Assembly (NCBI RefSeq): GCF_009834535.1
Contig: NC_045697.1
Coordinates: 43,216,001 to 43,280,000, forward strand
DNA: 64,000 nucleotides
Direction of reading: 5' to 3'
Source: Camelus ferus
Taxonomy: Eukaryota
Positions within the stretch are counted from its first letter, which is position 1. Each line of letters begins with the position of its first letter. Below the pieces are notes generated by a model. It was not told the origin of the DNA and searched no databases. It worked only from the letters and a program-made list of their open reading frames with translations. A program made the position numbers and the translations under genes. Of this stretch, positions 49,866-62,894 are shown in pieces.

Positions 49866-50636
49866 GTAGCTTAGCCTGGTAAGACATCCAGCTATCTAAA
49901 AAGATTCTGTTCACATAAAGATGTTATCAATAAAATCCACCTTCCAAAATTAGCTCAGAAAGGAAGACAAAAGAAAAAAAATGAATGTAGGGTATATAGG
50001 CATAGTAAAGAGAACACTGGAATAAGAATATGTTATATATGAATAAGTCATGCTGACGATTTTCATTCAACTCTACTATCATTTCCTCAGTTGTAAAATG
50101 ACACCAACCTCACAGCAATACAAAGGTAAATAAATTTTTGCAGGTAAATGCCTATTACCTAGTAAGTGTAAATAAACACTACCATGGAACACATATGGCA
50201 TCTATGTTGGTAATTTACCTACTGTGTATCCATTCTACGCTCACCTCTTCGACCCTTGTGATTATATTGGGCAGATATTCCAGGGAAACCTTCCCATCAG
50301 AAAATCCTCAACCCGGTCTGCAGCTGCGCTTTACAAGGAAAGGGCTGGTGCCCCGGGGACAAACTGTGATTTCCTGAAAGAGGATCAAATCCTGTATCAT
50401 TTTCTTACTGCCTTCTGACCTCACATTAGTACCTCATGATGAAGACCAAGGGATTATTTTAGCTCTCACGGAGGCAGGGCCGGCGGAAGGAGGGGGTACC
50501 GCCTGGCTCACAGAAGGAGGGCGACATCTTCAGACACAGCACAGGCCAGTGACAACCTTTTACTTTCAATTACTGACCTTCTGAATAAAAGGACTGGTTG
50601 TATCAGCAAAAAAACAAAAACAACAAAAACAACCCA

Positions 50637-50743
50637 GTCACATCTGCGAGATCCCTTTGCTATGTAAGGCAACATATTCACAGGAGTGGGGATTAGGATG
50701 TGGATAAATTGGGGGTTGAAGGGGCATTATTCTGTCTACAACA
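50637..50743 (-). mobile_element. MLT1D-like LTR 5' fragment
   Basis: Reverse complement tgttgtagacagaataatgcccc...atccacatcctaatcccc...cctgtgaatatgttgccttacatagcaaagggatctcgcagatgtgac. Confidence 0.85.
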
Positions 50744-50999
50744 GGGCCCATGATCAGATTTTGACTGAAGTGATCACTAGTGGAAAATCCAGGAGTATTT
50801 GTCTTTGATAAGAAGAAATACAAGAAAAGATTAATAAAGGTCAATAAATCTGTAAATCCTAGGCTTCTCTTTCTATGGGATTATAAACAATGCATTTAAT
50901 ATCTTATGATGACAGTATTCACCTTAGTGTGGCCAAAAAGTTAAATCTGTAACTTGTCTACTTTATGATAATAGACCATCCATCAGGGGCAACTTAAGA

Positions 51000-51314
51000 C
51001 AGGGATTGCCAACTCAAATGCCCACAGGGGCTAGACAGATAACGTAAATGAATGAAGCAGTTCAGGTATTGGATTAGGCAGAGACGCTGATAAACTGAAG
51101 TACGTGACTTGTCTAGAAGAGGAAGCTTCTACCCAGTTGCAGCCAATTATTGCCATACCAAATGCCAAATTCAACATAATTTAGAAATCTAGATTTTTAT
51201 TTGAAGTTCCTTTTTCAGAAATAATTGCTCACTTTAAGAAATAATTGTGCTAGTCCAACAAAATACTTCTGTCTTTGGTAATCTACCTGCCAGTCATTCA
51301 TTTCTGACCTCTCG
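51000..51314 (+). mobile_element. MER102 hAT-Charlie MITE
   Basis: cagggattgccaactcaaatgcccacaggggctagacagataacgtaaatgaatgaagc...agaaatctagatttttatttgaa...ttctgacctc. Confidence 0.85.
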
Positions 51315-51439
51315 CCTAATTGTTCATCATTATGTATTTCCTCCCTTGAAATATCTAATACCAAGTAAGCCAGAAAGTCCAGCCTCCCCAGACTTAGGTC
51401 CAGACCTGATTAGTCTCAGCTTAGAGTCCAGATAACCTG

Positions 51440-51765
51440 GAAGACTCATCATCCCTCGCTCTTATCCTGGGAGTCCTTTCTTCTGCACCTTCCCTTTCCA
51501 TTCTTTCAGATGGAATTCTTCCCCTGTTCATATTTCTTAATCCTCTCCACTCTTCAGAGCCAAGCTCTAGTGCCACTCCTCTGTGACACCTCCTGGGTGC
51601 TCCCAACTAGTCATGTTCTTTTCCCTCCTTGGTGTTCTCCCAGCATGTCTTATCTCCTCACCTAAGCTGTGAGCTCCCTGAGGATAGGAACTGTGTTCCT
51701 CACCTTTAATGCTCTGCAGAGCTTTGCATGTACAAATTATCCAGTCTCCATTTGCTGAATGAATG
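51440..51765 (+). mobile_element. L2 3' portion
   Basis: 'ctgtgagctccctgaggataggaactgtg...atttgctgaatgaatg'. Confidence 0.8.
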
Positions 51766-51844
51766 GGCTCTGAGGGAATCAGTGAGAAGAAGGGAAACTA
51801 AGTTTTATGTAGGTGCTTACTAAGCAGTATGAGGGCAGGTGGCA

Positions 51845-52030
51845 CAGGTAACAGTGGAAAGTGCTTTGGATTCAGAGACCTGGGTTCAAATTTTGATCTT
51901 GACTTCTACTGGCCACCTGCTCAATTTAGGCATATTACTTTCTCTTTCTGAATCTCAATTTTACCAAATGCCTACCTCACATTGATCAAAATAAAAGATA
52001 GAACATGCAAAGTACTTAGTATAATACACA
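51845..52030 (+). mobile_element. MIR SINE
   Basis: cagtggaaagtgctttggattcagagacctgggttcaaat...tctgaatctcaattt. Confidence 0.8.
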
Positions 52031-53685
52031 TACAGAACATCCCCCTCCCCCCACTGACACACACACACACACAAGTCTAACCAGAAGTTTCCAGAAACTT
52101 CCTTTCTTTACCTAATGTTCCTAAACAACTTTATGAGACAAACTTTAGGCAGCTCTTCCTTCAACCAAGCAGGGAGCCTGGAAAATTCCAGCAGAATTCC
52201 ATGAGCTTTTCAGGGAATTATGAAGGATCCTTTTTCATGAGATTCTCACATTTTTCCATGTCGAGGTCTTCCTTTCAGTCATTATCATACTAGCCTAAGA
52301 GAACCAACCCCCCCCCCAAAAAAAAGAGAATACACAAAGAGAGACCAGGTTTGTCGATAATCTCCTTAGGCTCATTTCCTTGAAATCTTTCTGTTCAGCC
52401 TGTGCTTATTTTCTTATCAATGACAAGGACCAGTTCATGGACTGTATGGAATATTTCAAGGAGACGTGCAATTCTGACCTCTGAATGCCAGGCTGACTTT
52501 CACAGTGCATAGCTAGCTTTGGGGAGAGCAGCCTTTGATCAGCTCAGCAGGGGGAGATTTATTAGGAGTGCTTACTGAGGACCGTGCACACGCTGCCGTT
52601 TCTGCCCACCCACTGCCTACCCAAGGCGAGGTAGTGGTGGTACATGGTCTCTCCTGACTCACGGGAGTGGTGCTTAAGGTTTAGTTTATTTCTTTTTAAA
52701 GTCCAGCTCCCTTCATAATGACCTGTCAGGCGGTAGTCCCCATCTCTTAATTGTCAAGGGAGAACCATGCCAAGATCAAAGCAACTGTGGAGACAGGAGG
52801 GAAATCTTAGGACAACAAAAAAGAAAAGAGGAAAGAAAAGAAAGAACAAAGGAGGGAAGAGTGTAGAATGAGACGGGATCACAGCGTCCCTCCTGGGCCT
52901 CCCCTTCTGCTCATTTGCGTCTATTAAACCTTCACAGCCATGCATCTTACACACCTAAGATCTATGGGCAACATGGGGCTGTGGGGCAGGTTATGCTCCA
53001 TATTCGCAAAGAGAGACCAGTAAACTTTCAGGGGCTCAGCCCTGACCGCCGCCATCTGTGGGCTCTGAATACACATTTCACACTGGGTTCTGTTTGGCCA
53101 CTGCCTGGCTTCACAGCTGTGCCGATTGCTCAGTGGGGAATGCCATGTCTGTTCTCCGAAGGAATTCAACAAATTAACTATGAACAAAGTCGCTTGGACA
53201 TAACAGAGATTCACATATGCTGTGTTATGCCAAGAAGAAGCTTGTCAGCTTGCTGTTTTCACAGATATGAAAAGAAAATTCCCAGGGCCCACCAACTGGA
53301 TGGAAGTACAACTCTGTTTAGAAATGAAGGCAGGAGACGAGGTGAGGGAACAGGGCAGCACCACAGGCCAAGATGAAAATCCCCAGAAATACCCCATTAA
53401 CAGGATCACAAAGACAGTAATTTGTGGTAGGAAGAAAAGCTTATTTTAAATAAGTCCTCACAGATTAGTATAATATCTATACACAGACAGAGGTAGATGC
53501 AATGATCTAAAACCAAACAGTGAAAAAGGAAAGACTGGATGGAAAGCCTGAAGACCTTCAGGGTTTCTGTCTGGTGTTTTATGCGCACAATTTACTTTTA
53601 ATTCATATGATGATCCAGTAAGGTACATGTACACTCGGAAGGATAGTGGGAATGCCTGAGGCTCAAAAAGAAGTTAAAGCAGTTA

Positions 53686-53975
53686 ATCAGACAGAAAAGG
53701 TCACAAATTGTATGATTCCATTTATATGAAATATCCAGAATAGGTAAATCCATAGGGGTGGGAAGCAGATTTATGGTTTCCAGGCGCTGGGAGGACGGGG
53801 AAATGGGAGTGATGGCTTAATGGGTGAAGGCTGCCTCTTAGGGTGGTGAAAGTGTTTTGAAACTAGATAGAGGTAATGGTTGCACAACATTGTGAATGTA
53901 ATAAATGCCACTGAACTGTGCACCTTAATATGGTAAATTTTATGCTATGTTAACTTTACTCCAATGGAAAAAAAA
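53686..53975 (+). mobile_element. L1MB-type 3' end inserted in a MIR
   Basis: 'cacaaattgtatgattccatttatatgaaatatccagaataggtaaatccatag...ggttgcacaacattgtgaatgta...aatgccactgaactgtgcac'. TSD-like aagttaaa at 53671-53678 and 53974-53981. Confidence 0.9.
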
Positions 53976-53993
53976 GTTAAATAAATTTTGTCT

Positions 53994-54283
53994 ACTCACA
54001 GACATAGAAAACAAACTTATGGTTACCAGAGAGGAAAGCAGGTGGGGAGGGATAAATTGGGAGTTCAAGATTTACAGATACTAAGTACTATATATAAAAT
54101 AGATAAACAACCCGGTCCTATTGAACGGCACAGGGAACTATAGTCAACACCTTGTAATAACCTATAATAAAAGAGAATATGAAAAGGAATATATATGTGT
54201 ATAAATGAAACACTATGCTGTACACCAGAAATTAACACATTTAAAATTGACTATACTTCAATTAAATCAATCAATCAATCAAT
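53994..54283 (+). mobile_element. younger artiodactyl-type L1 3' end with (AATC)n tail
   Basis: actcacagacatagaaaacaaacttatggttacca...cacagggaactata...tgctgtacaccagaaattaacaca...ctatacttcaatt. TSD-like aattttgtcta / aatcttatcta. Confidence 0.9.
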
Positions 54284-57200
54284 CTTATCTAGAGTTACAC
54301 AGCGACTAAGAGGTAGAGCCTAGACTAGAACCCAGGTTTGGCTAAATCAGGTCCATAACAAAAGATGAACAGTCTGTCAATTCATTAGTGGTTCGTACAT
54401 AAAACTAACCGGAGTTGCGAACAAGTCATGTCTCTTTTCAACGCTCGTCCTTGGAACGCGTGGTTCTTCCTTTATATCCTTTTTCCTCAGTTTACCAGCC
54501 CTAGACTTTTGCCTGGTTAACTTCTCACCCTTCAGGATTCCTTCTTCACCACTATAACCATAACCAGATGCTTGAATATATTATTTATTATGTTGTGTTT
54601 CAGCCCTGATTTAGTTGTGAGACAGAAGTTTTATCATGATGGTTAAATACAAAAATAGTGTTGGTGAAGCACTTTTATCAAAGAAAGGCAAAGTTAAATG
54701 TCTTGATTAGTTTAAATCAAGAACTAAGGCAAAGATGTTTATAATGCATATCTCTGGCTGGTGGAAGATCATTTTTATATGCTTTTCTAAGTTTATTTTT
54801 ATTTTTTAAATTAAATAATTTCTTAAAACCTGCTATTTTAATAAATTCATAGTGTACAGAAATATTCTTTAATTTTGTCATTAACCCCTATACTCATCAT
54901 CTTTTAATTATTCTCAAACATCATCATCACACAACAGAAAAAAGAAAACTACCTTGCTTTATTGCAGTTCTCTAGGATATTTGTAGTACTTCAACAATAT
55001 TTCTGCGTTTTCTTTTTACCTTAAAGGTAAGAATATTTAATTCCTTAATCTTGAATTTATATAAAAAATCTTATTTTCAGCTCCTTTATGGGTTTAAAAG
55101 TTTTTGTGAACTGAAATTGAAATTCAACTACCATTTACAAATTGCTTGTAAGTGTATCACAGAACCTCAATTCATGTAGAAAAACTTTAAAAACAAACCC
55201 TCTCAGTCTGATAACTACCTGTCCTGCTCTTCTCTCAAGAAGCCACCAATACTAATTCGCTTATCCACACCATGTCCTTGACAGCCAGCGACAGGTGCTA
55301 TTTCCTCCAGGTTCTGGATGGGGAAACCAAGGGCAGAGGGGTTAAGTGATGTACTGAAGCCTCACAGCTATTCATGGCTAAGTTTAACTCTCAATCAGTC
55401 AGCAGTGCTGATTTCCAATTAAAAATTTAAAACACAGCCAATGTGAGGAAGTGATATTTCTTTTGTTTTCAAGGAGCATCAGCGTATCTTCCAGACACTA
55501 ATATCCTAGAAGATTAGTCCCCTGGAACTGCTGATGGTCTGCCACTTTCCAGTCATCATATTTAAGTTGAGTCCAGTCAACTTCACTGATACTCCAGAAC
55601 TCTGATCTCCTAGAGGCCAGGAATGATTTTCCATGAAGCAAGGAGGGTGATAAATTATAGATAAACTGGCTAGAGATTGAAGATGGCATTGGATTGTTCA
55701 TGGAGCAACTGCATGGCCACAGTTAATACTCTGCATAAATCCCTTGATTCGGCACAAATAAAATTTTGATTTATGACACTAAACCTTTAAATGAAAAAGC
55801 AGTATGTTTTTGTTTGACTTAATTTGAAGCATACTAAAATTGTACTCTATTTCTACAAGCAGTGGATAGCAAGAATGTTCAAGGGTCTCTGCCTATTTTT
55901 TAAGCTGTCGTTAGAAATGATTAATATTTAAGAGAAATCAATAAAAATTGAATTTGAAAAAAATCAATATTTAAGCTAAAGCATTACAAATCACATGACT
56001 AACATTGACACCCTTCATATATTAAAAAGGTTTGTTTTCCTGTGGCATGTGGATAATGCTACAGCTGTTATGAGGCAAAATTTTAAAAGTGGTGATATAT
56101 TAGTTTGAGCTGTAAGGATAAATCATTTTGAAAATCAACCTCAGTCCTTTAAGACAAAGAAAAACATTGGACTAAATGACAGCAAATATTAAATCTCACT
56201 GTCAAATATATATTAATGTAAGTACATATGGATTTGTATACATATCTATTTCTAGCAATCTTTCTTCCACCCTTTCTTGCTTGCACAGTAGCTATGTCAA
56301 AAAAGCAGAAGTAGTTATTTAAAATGGTAAATATAGTTGTGTTTCAGTTGAGTTGTGGTGGATGAAAAGGATAACAATATCCTTAAGTTCAGAAACTATG
56401 CTGCCACCACAATCCCAAAGGAGTCTCCAAGCAAACATACACTCTTTATAACTAGTTACAGTTTATCCCCAGATCACTGTATGACCTTCTATCCTGGTGA
56501 CCTAGACCAGACCACGCATGAGCTTCCCAGGCCCCTTTTGTCCCTTCCAGCCTCAGTGTCCCCCAAACTGGGCCTCTCTCTGATTCCTACTTGGCTTTTC
56601 GAGAGCAGCCTAGTTTCATTTAAAAAGAGGCGCTACCCTGGCATGTCATACTCCACTAGCTGCATGTGACCCAAGGAAACACAGGAAAACAGCGAAAGAG
56701 ATTATTTGCCTACACTTTCTTCTATTCATAGTTCTTTTATGATGAGCCCTATTTAAGGGTTACTCCTCTCCTTTCACTCAGATACTTTTCCAATCTCATG
56801 TCATTCCACACTTACCCACAGTCACTCTGCTTTAGCCAAGCATACAAAGAAATTTTGACATACAAAGAAACAGTCCTCTGTAGCTCGCTCAAAGGCTGAT
56901 CCATCCACCTCCTCTGTGGCATGTGGCCCTAGCTCGGAGGTCGGCTAAGAGGATTAGAAACCCAAATTCTTCAAGCATTAGTAATATATAGGTTTCACTG
57001 TTCCTGTGCATGGTTTTTCCTGCTAATTAAATGTTATCTCTATTAACAAGTGGGCTAAGCCTTGACCAAGAGTAGGTGCTAAACTACACTCAGTTACTGA
57101 ATAAGAATGCAGGAAGAATAAAAAGGGATTAGAGCAAATTTTAGTATTATAAATAAAAACTCATAAATTATTTAACATTTCTTTAAGATGCTTTCTAGAG

Positions 57201-57714
57201 GGGCGATTTATATTTGCTAACTTTTTTTTTTTTAAGCTAGTTAACTTCCTACCAAATAGTACACACAGTTGGGTTAACCCAATTTATTTTGGTCAGAAAT
57301 TGATCTTGGAACCATTCAAATGGTTCATTCAAATGGACTGGTTTTCTAAGAATTTGTATAATTTGTGTAATGTATCCTTAACAAAATGTAAAGTTAGTTG
57401 AATGAATTCTTTTGTCAGGAATGATATGATCAATGTGCATCTCCTGAAATACTATTGAATCAACCTTGCTTACAGTCTACCGAAAACAAGGTGAACCGCA
57501 ATTCCTTGCTGTAAGGCAAAGGCCACCATCTCTTTCTCTTCAATTCAGGGAGATCACATGTGGAATTGCAGAAAGTCAGGAACACGATCCAGGTAGCAAA
57601 ATCCTATGAATCAAATCTTTTGGATATGAGAGGTTCTTTCCAGCTCATCTCAGAATTAAATAAAATTTACTTCTATTCTGTCCTCATTCCATGCACCATG
57701 TTACTACTATGTTA

Positions 57715-58690
57715 GTTCACTCATTAATGCATTAGTTAATTCATGCATTTATTAAACATATATTTATTGAGGACCCACTGTGTGTCCTAATTAAGAAGAC
57801 ACATATTTAAACAGAAAACAAGAACAACATGATGAGTTATATGAGAGAAAAATCACAAGATATTTTGGGAGTAGAGGAAAGAGGTATTTAATTCACCCTG
57901 TTGGGGGATGTCATGGAAGCCTTTTGAAGGGGAGCCACCCGAGAATAGCTGTAAATGCTGACACTGAAAAGGGGCAGGTGAAGCATTATCAAAGCACAGA
58001 TGTGAGACACCACAAGCAGTGTGCCAGAGAAGTTCTGTGTTGTCAGAACACCAATTTCAAGGCAAAGAACTGCAGCAGATGAGGCTGGAGTCATAAGTCA
58101 AGACCAGAGCACCAGGGACTTCTTGGCCACCCTAAGGAACTTGGATCATACCCTGTAGGTGACAAGTCACTGAAAGGTTTTAGCTAAAGGAGCATCAAAG
58201 TCAGATTTGAAATGTCGATTATCCCCTATGGTGTCTGTGTTGAGGAATGAGATTTGAGGCAGACAAAATTAGAGCAGTAAAGATGAGACACCTGTGATAG
58301 TAACCCAAGTAGAGACGTAGGGAGAGTCAGAAACTGGAGAGAGGCAACAGGATTGAAGAACATGCGGTGGATTCAACAAATATTCAGGCTTTAAAATTTG
58401 CAAGACAGTAGTGAAAAATGAGTGTTAGGTTTGGAGAATGAGGAAAAGGGCAGAGCCAAGAATGACAGGTTTCTAACTTGGGTGACTTCATATGTCACTC
58501 AAATAGAGAAACAGAGAATTCATAATGGGAGACAAGTTTAGGAAGAAGGTGTTCTTTTCAATTAGTTTGAGTTGTGAACAGTACGAATTACATATAGATC
58601 ATCTCACTACCAGAAAGATACCAGAGTATCTCACAAGTTGACTATAGGAACTTGGAACAGAAAGTCTGAGCTGGAGATAAAATTGTAGAC
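57715..58690 (-). mobile_element. L2
   Basis: 'aaacatatttattgaggacccactgtgtg...gtcatggaagcctttt...taaggaacttggatcataccctgtaggtgac...caggtttctaacttgggtgac'. Confidence 0.85.
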
Positions 58691-59145
58691 CTAACCAATG
58701 TTATGAGTCCAAACCTCTTCTTCACTTTGACACTGAAGATACAGTTTTGATACCATAAACACAGCCACCAGAGGTTGTCATTTTATCTGACCTTCTAAAA
58801 AACTCCTTGGGTCCTGGGAATATCAAGGACATTCTCCCTTTCTCCTCCCTTCTGATAAGAATATTTTAGTGAGTGTTTTTCAGATTGTGTGTCATGATTT
58901 GTTAGTGCATTGTGAACTTAATTTTGTTGATGTGTTAGATATTCATTTTGAACCAAGTAGACGAGAACAAAATAGACTGTAATAGAAGCAGCTAGAAAAC
59001 AGTGTGTGTCATATAGTAATTGTGTATGTGTGTGCATAGAATTAAACAAAGTTAAAGATTACTTATTCTTACTGTATGAGATTCACTTTAGTATAAAATA
59101 TATTTTCTCTTTTCTTCTATTCAGTTATAGTCCATTCTATTTGAA

Positions 59146-59187
59146 TGTGTGTGTGTGCGTGTGTTTGTGTGTGTGTGTGTGTGTGTG
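59146..59187 (+). repeat. interrupted (TG)n microsatellite
   Basis: tgtgtgtgtgtgcgtgtgtttgtgtgtgtgtgtgtgtgtgtg. Confidence 0.95.
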
Positions 59188-59984
59188 GTGGGTTGCAGTG
59201 TGTCGGCTGTGATCAAAAACATTTGAAATCCCTGGCCTGGACTGAGAGAACTTGAAAATAACTTTTAGATAGGGGAGGAAAGAGAAAACATAGTACTCTA
59301 AAAGTAGCAAGTTAATATTTAAAAGTTGATTCACATTTGTATTTAAGGAAATGACTGGAATTAAGGCAGAGACAAACAAGTCATGAATTAGGAGACCTGC
59401 TGGGAACCACATAAAGGTAAAATAAAGAATTATATGCCAATGTATGTAGAACTTGGCTTTAAATAAAGTTTGTTTCAACAGAAAAGTGGGTAAGATCAAT
59501 TAAGAATATGGTATAAAAGGGTAGGGAGTGTTAGGTTAAAGATGAAGGAAGAGAAGCACATCAAAAAATGGATTGGCAAAGCAAGACGTGTCCACAGAGC
59601 AGAGTGAGAAGGAGTAGCTAGAGAGTTACAAAAAGAGCCAGCAGAGTGGGCCGTCATTAAAGACAAGGATGACAGCGAGTTTCAGCACTCCCCCAGACTC
59701 TACAAAATTCCCACCCCCGAAGTCTCTTGGGAGAAGATGCTACAAAAACTTCAGAAAAATGAGTATCCTGTTTGATTTCTTCTTCCCTTGTATAACCTCC
59801 CTTTGGCCTATATTTTATATATCAAATTAAGGTAAATTAAAATTAATTTTAAATTTAGAACTTTGTGACTCTGGCTACAAATAAACATTCTAAAACTAAG
59901 ATGAAGAATTATGTAAGGTGTGTATTTTCCCGACCATGAAGGAGTTGAAAAAAATCACCTTTCTTGTTAAAACTTCTTACTATC

Positions 59985-60385
59985 ACATCAGAGGATGTGA
60001 TTCAGTGTTGGGTAACAGAAAAACCTCAAATGACAGCAGTGTTAAAAACATAGAAATTTGCTTCTCTCTCTCTCAATCAAAAAGTATGGAAATAAAAACT
60101 CCAGAGTTAATATGGCACTCCACAGTGACAATGACTCAAGCCCCACTGGGCATGACTTTCCTCCGCAAGATCATCTCATTACCCAATATGGTGGCAGGCC
60201 CTGGGAGGGGAAAAGCAGAGCACATCCCTTCCCTTTAAGGATACTTCTCAGAAGTTCCATGTCTTACCTACACTTATATCTCATTGTCTAGTCCTTAGTC
60301 ACATGAGCACACCTAGCTGGAAAGGAAGCTAGAAGCTATATAGTCTTTATTCTGGGTTGTTCTGTGCCAAGCTATAAATTCTATA
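59985..60385 (-). mobile_element. MLT1 (I/J-like) LTR
   Basis: 'gtaacagaaaaacctcaaatgacagcagtgttaaa...cttatatctcattgtctagtccttagtcacatgagcacacctagctggaaaggaagctagaa...tagtctttattctggg'. Confidence 0.85.
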
Positions 60386-62049
60386 TACCTTAATTAAATC
60401 CAGGAGAGTCTACGATCACTATCGTCCAAATAAAAATAGTTGCCTTTCCAAGGTGATCTATCTTTTCAGTTTTCCTGGGATTGAGATGTCTTCTATGATA
60501 CAAGACTTTGAGTACTAAAAGTGAGGAAGTTCTGGGCAAACCAGGGTTAGATATCACATTACCTTTGACATAGTCAAAAAGACTATATACTTATTTTCAA
60601 CAAAACTACCAATCCTAAAACCAGGTTTGGAATACCTTTTTAAAATACAGTCTTCAAAGCCTGAAGTTGATTTATGAAAATGTCCTCTGGGGTAGAAAAT
60701 CTTCATTTCATTTCTCCAAATAGCCAAGACCCATTTGGAGAAAATTCTGATAAAATTCAAGCAAAAAATTATTTTTTGACAGTAAACCTAAAATATATTT
60801 CAGGAAATATTTTGAGCACTGGATAACATTGTTGAAATAAGACTCAAGTCCTTTTGTGGGACTACTTTGAAAGGAAATGATTGCAAAGGAGAATAATTTG
60901 TTAGCTTATAGGTATAACTCAACCTATTTTTAAATCAATAGCTTAATTAACAAAAGGCCCCAAATATTAATAAAATTATATTTAACTTCTTTGAAAATAT
61001 GATTTTTTTCAAGCATATCTGTATTTGAATTTTTAATAGGCATTTCAGTTTTCAGTAAACCTGCATTATATTTTAATTGTGATTCAGAATCAATATTGCC
61101 CAAGAGATTATTTCCCATTATAGTCTCTGGAATCGTCCAGAGCTGCTTTTATAACAATTGATATAAGCCAGAGAGAGCACAACAGGTGGGGAGAGCATTT
61201 AGATGAGTTCTCTAATGACAGCACCTCCACAGACTGCAATGCTGCGAGGTTTCTTTTCAGCCTTGAAGGGAGGGGACACCAAGGACCCGCTCCAACTTAA
61301 TCTTTACTTGTCAAATCTGGACCGTATTTTATTTCACAGAATCAGAAGCAATATCTCAAAACATTTGCTGTGGGGAAAGACTTCCAGATTTGAGTGGAAT
61401 AGGGCAATTTCATAGGACATTTCAATCAGGCAACAGATTTGTACTATTAATGGAGAAGTTAATGAAAACAACTCCCCCCAAAAAGAACTAGCTGTGAGTC
61501 GGCATTTTAGACCTTCCAGCACTGAAGTTTGTTGTTTTCATTGACAGATAGGTAAAGAAAAATCATTCTGCTATTGAGAAAGGAAAATGCATTTCATCAC
61601 CCTATCATACATGAATACAAACTTCTAGAGCAAAAACATGAGAAACTAATAAACAACTATTTATCAAAGGAAGAGGAGGCAACATTTAGCTTGAAAGATT
61701 TTGCTCCCAAACTAAATTTCATCTTCTATTCTGCTTTGCATAAAATGCATGATTCTGTTTAGATTGTTCTAGTTACCAAAAAATAAGTGAAGACTTCTGA
61801 TCTGACTTCATAGCTTTTATGATGTGCTCTCATCCACGTCATAAATGGAATTTTTTTGTTTTTTTGGTTTCGCTTTTATTGAAGTCTGTGCAGTAAATAT
61901 TAGCAGGTTGGAAAGCCTGACAACCACTTTTCTTAAGGCACAAGGAAAGTGCTTCCTGCTTTTCCCTCCCTACTGGTATCTGCCACAACATTAATTAAGA
62001 CATAGTCTCTCCCATTTTTCATATCTCTTCACACAAAGTGTATATAGTA

Positions 62050-62275
62050 AAGAATAATTACCATTTTATAGCAGTTAATAATTTTCAAAGTGCTTTCTAA
62101 ATCAACATCTCATTTTACCCTTCCAGTAACCTTTCTAGATTAATATAATTTTGCCTACTTTACAGACAAACAATTGAGGTGTAGTATGTTTGAATATCTT
62201 ACCCGAGATCTCATAGCTAGGAAGTGTCTGAAAATTCAGTTCTTCTGAGCCTAAACTCAGCACTCTTTCTCCAAT
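62050..62275 (-). mobile_element. MIR SINE
   Basis: 'ttttcaaagtgctttc...catctcatttt...ctttacagacaaacaattgagg...cttacccgagatctcatagctag'. Confidence 0.8.
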
Positions 62276-62894
62276 GCCAAAAATTCTATTTGAAAAGTTA
62301 TCAGAATTTCTTTGTGCTGCTCATGAGAGGAAAAAAAATGAAACCAGTTTAATGTTCATTCTCTGTTAATATGAGAAAGAGACACTAAATATCAATATTC
62401 TTCAGCAAAGATCTGCAGGAGCCAGAATCTAAAAATGGATGCACACACACACCTCAAATAAGAGGAAGCAGACAGTCAACCATCTTGGAGCATATGTGAT
62501 GAAATCTAAAAATCTTTTCCACCAAAAAACATGCATGCCACATACAATATAGACAATTTCTGGGAATTTACTGGGCCCCTTTAGCTCCTCTGTAGACAAC
62601 TGTAGATAGAATCTCTACTGTCCTGGAAATTTTTAGTCACCACGGACATCTAAATCTATTTTACTAATATATCAAGTAGGCATTTTCTAGTTCTCTTACT
62701 GGGCTCCTCAATAGCATTAAACCCTGGTTGACATTCCTTTATTCTAGAAATATTTTCCTTCTTTGGCTGTGTGAGATCACAATAGTTTTTTCCTCCTACT
62801 TCTCTGCTTCTTCTCAGACTGTTTGTTCTCAGTCTCGTTTGCTAGCTCATCCCTTTCTACCTGGTCTCTGGTTTCCAGTTTCCCAAGGCTTGAT

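Noticed and set aside
52915..53376. Longest ORF (153 aa) as a protein-coding gene
   Set aside because: Non-ATG start, no recognisable domain and no clear splice context. ORFs of this length are expected by chance in 64 kb over six frames.
55498..55701. Protein-like ORF (SEVDWTQLKYDDWKVAD) as a coding exon
   Set aside because: No recognisable homologue and no splice donor before the stop.
57269..57282. 14-bp palindrome TTGGGTTAACCCAA
   Set aside because: About 64000/4^7, roughly 4, are expected by chance.
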